DNA of 64,000 bases, from the IMG/VR virus record IMGVR_UViG_3300030098_004828, positions 62,001 to 126,000 of that record; one strand, given 5' to 3'. The notes under the pieces are model-generated. The model was not told the DNA's origin, did no database searches, and worked only from the letters and a program-made list of their open reading frames with translations. The stretch's first letter is position 1; the number at the start of each line of letters is the position of its first letter. The position numbers and the translations under genes are program-made. This document shows positions 58,576 through 64,000 of the stretch, in pieces.

Positions 58576-59838
58576 TTATTTCATTGTCATTTTGATGATT
58601 TCTGGATTCATCATCATTTTATTAAACTTAGTTTTATTACCATTGAAAATAGTTCTAACAATAAGATACTTCAGATCATTAGCGAATACATCTTTAGTGC
58701 ATAATGCTATCAATCTTTCATTTATCTTTGGTGTTACAGTATTTTCATTAGCATAAACAACAGAATAATTAGCCAACCTTGTTGCAAGAGTAGATGCAAT
58801 ATCTGCTCTATATGTGTCACCTTTTCCTAGAACACTATTTAATTCTCCAATAATGTAATCTTGGTTTTCATGTGTCAACATATCTTTAGGTGTGACCAGC
58901 TTGTCCAGCTTGTTGTTAATAAACGTAGTAAACATAGAAGCAAATGTGTCCCCAACTGAACCTTCACCAATCATTTGGATCATACTCAAGTCATCTTCAA
59001 ACTTTTCAAAACTTGAAATAGAATTGAAGAATGCCGTAATGGATCTTGCATTTGTTTCTTTATTTACTAATTCAGGATGCAGTAACATGAAGTTAATACA
59101 ACGAGTGTCAATATGCTGCTCTTCAGCCCATCTTGCCCAAACGTTTACATCAAACTTTAAGTTAGCAGTAATATATCTAGTCTTTTGTGCTGAATCAACA
59201 CTATTAACCATATAATCACCATTATCTGGATTACTAGTTAATATTATATGCCAATCAGCAGGTAAAGACCATGATATATATTGCTGTCTGTCAACTAACT
59301 CCATTACAGCTTGAATAAATCTTACATCTGCACGGTTCCAGTCATCAAGAAGTAATATACCTCCTTTCTTTTTATCAGCAATCCATTCTGGTGCACAATA
59401 AGACATTCTATTCTTACCTGTCATCTTCCATCCTTTTCTCAAATACTCTTCAACTGCAAGTTCATCTACCCATTGACCAACTTTCTTAGTCATAGTAGAG
59501 TCTGCAACTTGTGCAGATGCTGCAGCTCTTTGAGCTACTGTATAAGAAAGATCATCAATTTTTTTAGTAATTTGTTTCTCTTTATACATTTGAAATTGTC
59601 TTACAGGAAATCCTACTAAATCTCCTAATTCTTCTATCTGAGCTAAATTTAACTTAACAAAATCTAAATCATTTTGTTTAGCTAAATCCAATACAGCTGA
59701 AGTTTTACCAATTCCTGATTCACCAACTACTTCCACAGCAACTGGATTTTTTCCTTGTTCTTGTAAGAATCTATTATTCTTAATTATATGGTTTACAAAA
59801 CCGTTTAGTTCATCTATATTTAAATTTACTTGTGCCAT
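58576..59838 (-). CDS. MoxR-like AAA+ ATPase
   Basis: Walker A GESGIGKTS, Walker B ILLLDD, LTSNP, DSAQKTR arginine finger. Confidence 0.8.
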   Translation of the reverse strand: MAQVNLNIDELNGFVNHIIKNNRFLQEQGKNPVAVEVVGESGIGKTSAVLDLAKQNDLDFVKLNLAQIEELGDLVGFPVRQFQMYKEKQITKKIDDLSYTVAQRAAASAQVADSTMTKKVGQWVDELAVEEYLRKGWKMTGKNRMSYCAPEWIADKKKGGILLLDDWNRADVRFIQAVMELVDRQQYISWSLPADWHIILTSNPDNGDYMVNSVDSAQKTRYITANLKFDVNVWARWAEEQHIDTRCINFMLLHPELVNKETNARSITAFFNSISSFEKFEDDLSMIQMIGEGSVGDTFASMFTTFINNKLDKLVTPKDMLTHENQDYIIGELNSVLGKGDTYRADIASTLATRLANYSVVYANENTVTPKINERLIALCTKDVFANDLKYLIVRTIFNGNKTKFNKMMMNPEIIKMTMK

Positions 59839-59839
59839 T

Positions 59840-61009
59840 TTATTGTGCGTTTAATTGTATTGTTAATCCCGGTAAATGATCAGTCCAATTAGATCTTGCA
59901 CTAAGAACCCATAATGTGTTCTTTGGACAATCTTCTGGAGCTGGTGCTTCACCATCTGTTAAATATATAAGGGCAGTATATCTACCTCTCATTTCATTAA
60001 AATGGTCAATAACCGGTTGGAAGCATGTACCTCCTCTACCTCTTATTTCCCAATCCTTTCTTTTGTTAAAAGGGGATATATCAGTTATATTTGTATCACA
60101 TTGTGCTACAGTTATTTGATGTCCCGTTTTTTGAACATGATGCATTTCACTCATGAAATGTTTTAGTTCTTCCGTGTTTACAGATCCTGAAGTATCAACA
60201 CCAATCAAAATATGATTTTTGTGTTTTATTTTAAGACCTGGATTATCTGTATATCTTTTGTTGAATTTTCTTCTCAACTTTTTTGTAAAGGTAAACACAG
60301 AATTACCTACAAATCTCCTTAAATAACCTTTCCAATCAAATGATGGAGGAATTATAGTTTGAAGTCTTTTAATCAACTCTGCTAACTCACCTGGTATAGT
60401 ACCACGTCTTTTAACAGTTTGATCTGCAGTTTCTTTAAGTTGATGCTCAATTTGTTTTTGCACTAGCTTTTTCTCTGCTTCTGTAAGTTCTTCAAACTCT
60501 TTCCAAGTTTTATGACAATATTGACTATCACCATCCATTTGGTTAAGTATAGATTCAAGTGAAGGACAAGGATTATTCTTACACTCTTGCTCTAATAAAT
60601 CATAATACTTTTTAGTACCGGCTTTCTTTGGTAATTTTAACTCAGGAAAACTATCTAAAGTTAATCCACCATCAGGAAGCATACTTCTATCTATATATTG
60701 ATTTATTTCCAAATCTGCTGCTATATTAAATAGTTTATGATTTGCATATAGATCTCTCATCATAAGATGTCCAAATGAAACGTGCAGTAGTTCATGTTTA
60801 AGTAGACCTATCTGGTGTTCATCTGGTAACTTCATAAAGAAATCCGGATTAATAGATAATTGTATACCTATACCATTTTTACTGACACCCGCTGTTGGGA
60901 CATCATTTCTTATTTTCTTGTTTAGTCCAATAAGAAAGAGCCCATAAAAGGGCTCTCTTAATATTAGTGACTTACAAGCTCTTGCTAATTTGTCTTGTAT
61001 ATCATTCAT
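59840..61009 (-). CDS. vWA domain protein with N-terminal metallopeptidase (DUF2201-like)
   Basis: LKHELLH (HExxH), MIDAS DTSGS, GRGGT, LIYLTDG. Confidence 0.85.
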   Translation of the reverse strand: MNDIQDKLARACKSLILREPFYGLFLIGLNKKIRNDVPTAGVSKNGIGIQLSINPDFFMKLPDEHQIGLLKHELLHVSFGHLMMRDLYANHKLFNIAADLEINQYIDRSMLPDGGLTLDSFPELKLPKKAGTKKYYDLLEQECKNNPCPSLESILNQMDGDSQYCHKTWKEFEELTEAEKKLVQKQIEHQLKETADQTVKRRGTIPGELAELIKRLQTIIPPSFDWKGYLRRFVGNSVFTFTKKLRRKFNKRYTDNPGLKIKHKNHILIGVDTSGSVNTEELKHFMSEMHHVQKTGHQITVAQCDTNITDISPFNKRKDWEIRGRGGTCFQPVIDHFNEMRGRYTALIYLTDGEAPAPEDCPKNTLWVLSARSNWTDHLPGLTIQLNAQ

Positions 61010-61011
61010 TA

Positions 61012-61437
61012 TTATAATTTTTCATTCATTATATTATCTATTTCACGTTGCTCTTCTGGACTAACTGGATCTATTGGTTTTGTATGTTCCCAATCAAGTT
61101 CAATTTTAACATTTTTAATAAACTTCCAAGTATCTTTAAAAACAGGAAGCATTTGCTCATGTACTTCAAACTCTATAATTTCCTGTTCATGTCCTATACC
61201 TAAAGTAGAATCAAGATCTTTAAACATTTCACCCCATTCTTTAATAGCGTAGTAATCTAACTTAAATTTTTCACAAAAAGCCTGTCTTTTACCAAACATT
61301 AAAGATTTAGCAAACATTATTTTTGTAATTGAAGTTATTTCCTTCATATTTTTTATATTCTCACAAGCCACTTCATAATCTTCTTCAGATCCGTGGAGGA
61401 GTTCTCTTAATTTTTTATATTCTTCTAAACTAATCAT
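61012..61437 (-). CDS. Hypothetical protein (141 aa)
   Basis: ORF packed between its neighbours. Confidence 0.55.
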   Translation of the reverse strand: MISLEEYKKLRELLHGSEEDYEVACENIKNMKEITSITKIMFAKSLMFGKRQAFCEKFKLDYYAIKEWGEMFKDLDSTLGIGHEQEIIEFEVHEQMLPVFKDTWKFIKNVKIELDWEHTKPIDPVSPEEQREIDNIMNEKL

Positions 61438-61777
61438 TGATTTTCATTGTTTTAATCATCCACAAGGGTAGTTTTTTCTTGTGCATATTATCTAACCATT
61501 CTTTTGCAGAGGGAATGTAATTATTACAATCCTCTCTTACATGCTGCTCTGCAACATATCTTGTATAAACAGGTTTATCATCTGAATTTGTAAATACTGG
61601 CCCGAATTTTCTTTCACATTCAAATATACCTTCACTGTGATGACGAAACATTCTGTGTAAGTGATTGCCCACCCAACTTTTTGTTGCATCTAACCAATTA
61701 TGTATATGTATGTAATCATCAGGACACCCACCAAACTTCTTTACAGAAGACTTGGCATGAATATTTGGATGTGCCAT
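61430..61777 (-). CDS. His-rich DUF6915-like protein
   Basis: HPNIHAKSSVKKFGG..DY..IHNWLD.TK...HR..RHH.EG...EQHV.ED pattern (family name from recall). Confidence 0.6.
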   Translation of the reverse strand: MAHPNIHAKSSVKKFGGCPDDYIHIHNWLDATKSWVGNHLHRMFRHHSEGIFECERKFGPVFTNSDDKPVYTRYVAEQHVREDCNNYIPSAKEWLDNMHKKKLPLWMIKTMKIND

Positions 61778-62145
61778 TAAATAAATTTATCTTCGGTATT
61801 AAAGTCACAATCATAATAATAATCTTCTGTAATACGTTGTGTGTGATGAATTTTAACATCCCATGGATCTTTTGTACAATCAATTATCATTTGACCATGA
61901 CCACCATCATTATTAATCCAATCCCATTCTACATTATCACTGACCATATTATATAGTAAATCATCCCATGCATGCTCTACTTCACCGGTCATATTTACAT
62001 TAATCTTTTTTCCATCAATATCTTCAAATCTAACTTCATCTATACATCCATCATCACCACCACCATTATATTCTACTTCTATATTTGCTATATTGTGATC
62101 TTTAATCACTTGAACTGCTACATTTCTTTTTAGTTTTTTTTCCAT
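61777..62145 (-). CDS. DUF6878-like protein
   Basis: VEYNGGGDDGCI...WINNDGGHG pattern (family name from recall). Confidence 0.5.
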   Translation of the reverse strand: MEKKLKRNVAVQVIKDHNIANIEVEYNGGGDDGCIDEVRFEDIDGKKINVNMTGEVEHAWDDLLYNMVSDNVEWDWINNDGGHGQMIIDCTKDPWDVKIHHTQRITEDYYYDCDFNTEDKFI

Positions 62146-62509
62146 TTTTTATTAATTTAATTTCTACACCTGGATTTTCCTTATCATATTCATAAGGTTC
62201 AAATACAGGTATAATGTTTTCACAATTATCATCATCAATCCAATTATGTTTAACCATATCATCTTGCACTGTCTGTGCAGGATTAATATAGTCAAACTTA
62301 TGTTTGGATCCTCTGATGAATTTAAATGATATTTTTACCGGTAATTCTAGTTTAGCCAATTGCTTCCTAAAGCCCTTTCTAAACTGATCATAGTATTTAG
62401 CTGTTTCTTTTCTATACTTAGTTGTTGCTTTACTGGACACGAAATATCTTCCTGTCCATCTTCTTCCATTTTTACTACTTGGTACGTTACCTGGTATAAA
62501 CCATTTCAT
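62102..62509 (-). CDS. RusA-like Holliday junction resolvase
   Basis: IPGNVPSSKN...FDYIN..Q.VQD.MV....IDDDN...DKENPGVEI acidic-residue pattern. Confidence 0.65.
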   Translation of the reverse strand: MKWFIPGNVPSSKNGRRWTGRYFVSSKATTKYRKETAKYYDQFRKGFRKQLAKLELPVKISFKFIRGSKHKFDYINPAQTVQDDMVKHNWIDDDNCENIIPVFEPYEYDKENPGVEIKLIKNGKKTKKKCSSSSD

Positions 62510-63486
62510 AGAATACTTTTAAGTTTAACTTTAATTTCTTTATGAGCATCAGCAAAACCTTTCTCTTTTACAAGATCAGCAATGTCTTTGCTACTATCTA
62601 ACCATGTGCCTTTTATGTCATATAACTGTTCATATTTATTAACAGCATTATGTCCAGCAACATCATTATCAAATAAAGTTACAACTTTTTTATACTTTTT
62701 CTTAAGATTTTCAATAATATACGGTTTTATTACAGTATTTTCTGAGTCAGGTGCAATAACTTCTAAATTGTATCCAAATTGTTTTAGACACATTGCATCT
62801 TTCAAAGAAGAACATATAACAAGATAAGGTTGATTATACTCTAATTGATCTATACCTTGAAGATGAGGTTTAACTTTTATGAATTTAAACTTCTTATTTT
62901 TTGGTTGATAAATCTTATAGATGTTACCATCTTTATCAAAATAACCATATATATAAGTTTTAGCTAATAATGCACCAATAGTTCTTTGATCTATTGATTC
63001 TTCACTTTCTTTTACCATACGGTAAAAATTAAGTGGTTGAACATTATATTTATTAAGAATATCTTCACCAATATTAAAACTTAACCAAAATTCTCTGTCC
63101 CAATCAGACCATCTTCTTGGATTTACAGATTCTACTTTAAATTTTGCTTCTGGTTTTATAGTTGATTGTTTATATTCTCCTTTTTCTGTAATAAACTTGT
63201 TATAATCTTGACCTATTTTAAATACAGCTTTAGAAAAGTCTATTTTAAATAGTTCTTTAACTAAATCAATTTTATTACCACCTTTACCTGTTGAAAAATC
63301 TTTAAACTTATATTGACCTTTATCCGCAAATATCCACATGCTTGGAGTTCTTTCTGTAGGATGAAATACAGATTTAATCTGCACATTCTGTCCATTTAGT
63401 CTTTCTGGTAGATCCAGATAGAACTCAAACACCCATGTACTTGGAACTTTAGATCCATCTAATATGAGATTCTTTGTACTTATCAT
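62506..63486 (-). CDS. DNA primase (Toprim), crAss-like
   Basis: FHP.ERTPS..F, FKDFSTG.GG, SSLKD, APDSE, LFDND.AG, KDIAD. Confidence 0.8.
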   Translation of the reverse strand: MISTKNLILDGSKVPSTWVFEFYLDLPERLNGQNVQIKSVFHPTERTPSMWIFADKGQYKFKDFSTGKGGNKIDLVKELFKIDFSKAVFKIGQDYNKFITEKGEYKQSTIKPEAKFKVESVNPRRWSDWDREFWLSFNIGEDILNKYNVQPLNFYRMVKESEESIDQRTIGALLAKTYIYGYFDKDGNIYKIYQPKNKKFKFIKVKPHLQGIDQLEYNQPYLVICSSLKDAMCLKQFGYNLEVIAPDSENTVIKPYIIENLKKKYKKVVTLFDNDVAGHNAVNKYEQLYDIKGTWLDSSKDIADLVKEKGFADAHKEIKVKLKSIL

Positions 63487-63492
63487 AATCTT

Positions 63493-63525
63493 AAAAAATA
63501 TAGGGACAAGTAAGTGCCCCTATAT
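63493..63525 (-). terminator. Terminator-like hairpin immediately upstream of primase
   Basis: Minus strand ATATAGGGGCA-cttact-TGTCCCTATAT then TTTTT: 11-bp stem with one G.U pair. Confidence 0.6.
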
Positions 63526-63622
63526 ATTAAAAACTATCTATTAACTGCTATTATGCGGTCCGTATTAAAAACCGTTGCAGGACAGTTAATAGTCCTCTTA
63601 CTAGGTATATTATCCTGCAAAA

Positions 63623-64000
63623 TTATAATTCAAAATCAGAACCTGATCCTGAATCTGCTTTAAATGGTATTTCTTCAGTAGTAGATGAAGAATCTTTCTT
63701 AACTAAAGCTTTAACATGTACTCCACGGTCAAACTTAAGTAATCTAGAATTTTCTTTATCTAATGCTTCCATAGCAATACCATCTTTAGATATACGTGGT
63801 AAATAAAGATCATTATTTATATAACCTTCTTTATTTTCCCACTCACGACCGCCAATACACATGTTAATAAGTTTAGAACCACCCATTAATCTATTACATT
63901 CAGTCATAAATTCTTCTATAGTTTGTGCTTCAATAGAATCTAATCCATCTCTCATATCTAATGTTTCAGCTAAAGTAATCATATGCTTTAAGATTTCTTG
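63623..64000 (-). CDS. 5'-partial protein with acidic C-terminal tail (possible ssDNA-binding protein)
   Basis: Frame is open to the window edge (QEILKHMITLAET...); ends SGSGSDFEL; lies upstream of primase. Confidence 0.45.
   Translation of the reverse strand, partial: QEILKHMITLAETLDMRDGLDSIEAQTIEEFMTECNRLMGGSKLINMCIGGREWENKEGYINNDLYLPRISKDGIAMEALDKENSRLLKFDRGVHVKALVKKDSSSTTEEIPFKADSGSGSDFEL

Noticed and set aside
38704-61956. Short opposite-strand ORFs overlapping nrdJ and genes of the 39-62 kb blocks (e.g. 38704, 38804, 40509, 41282, 47190, 49856, 55572, 58892, 59916, 61681)
   Set aside because: Shadow ORFs overlapping genes with clear family motifs or tight operon coupling.
1-64000. CRISPR array, tRNA genes, rRNA, integrase or IS elements
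   Set aside because: No regularly spaced direct repeats, cloverleaf with T-loop/D-loop consensus, or recombinase/transposase motifs found by eye. Intergenic gaps are mostly too short. A tRNAscan-SE run would be needed to exclude tRNAs fully.

Overview
AT-rich window from a large lytic dsDNA phage, best read as a crAss-like (Crassvirales-related) phage of an aquatic Bacteroidota/Flavobacteriia host. Host evidence: a T9SS C-terminal domain, signal peptides followed by Gln, and TAnnTTTG promoters. No capsid, portal or terminase gene is visible in the window. (1) 1-36.9 kb, + strand: five large virion/ejection-type genes (>1769, 875, 1216, 5791 and 2593 aa). The 5791-aa protein carries a two-barrel RNA polymerase active site (RIP...GADMDND), an HExxH zincin motif and two macro-like domains. 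The 2593-aa protein carries an apparently intact CCA-adding tRNA nucleotidyltransferase with HD domain, a PD-(D/E)xK nuclease interrupted by LysM, and C-terminal hydrophobic segments. (2) 37-39 kb, - strand: class II ribonucleotide reductase plus an overlapping small Cys-rich gene missed by the ORF track. (3) 39.1-49.3 kb, + strand: small structural, lysis and envelope genes, including a cassette of T9SS cargo, lipoprotein and beta-barrel. (4) 49.4-64 kb, - strand: replication/early block with dUTPase, a degenerate spore-photoproduct-lyase homolog, DUF932, PolB, PD-(D/E)xK exonuclease, MoxR-vWA pair, RusA-like resolvase and primase. The strongest novelty candidate is a putative virion-delivered tRNA 3'-end repair enzyme ejected alongside the phage RNA polymerase. 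The second is the phage-encoded T9SS surface-remodelling cassette. All family assignments come from motif recognition by eye; no searches were run.
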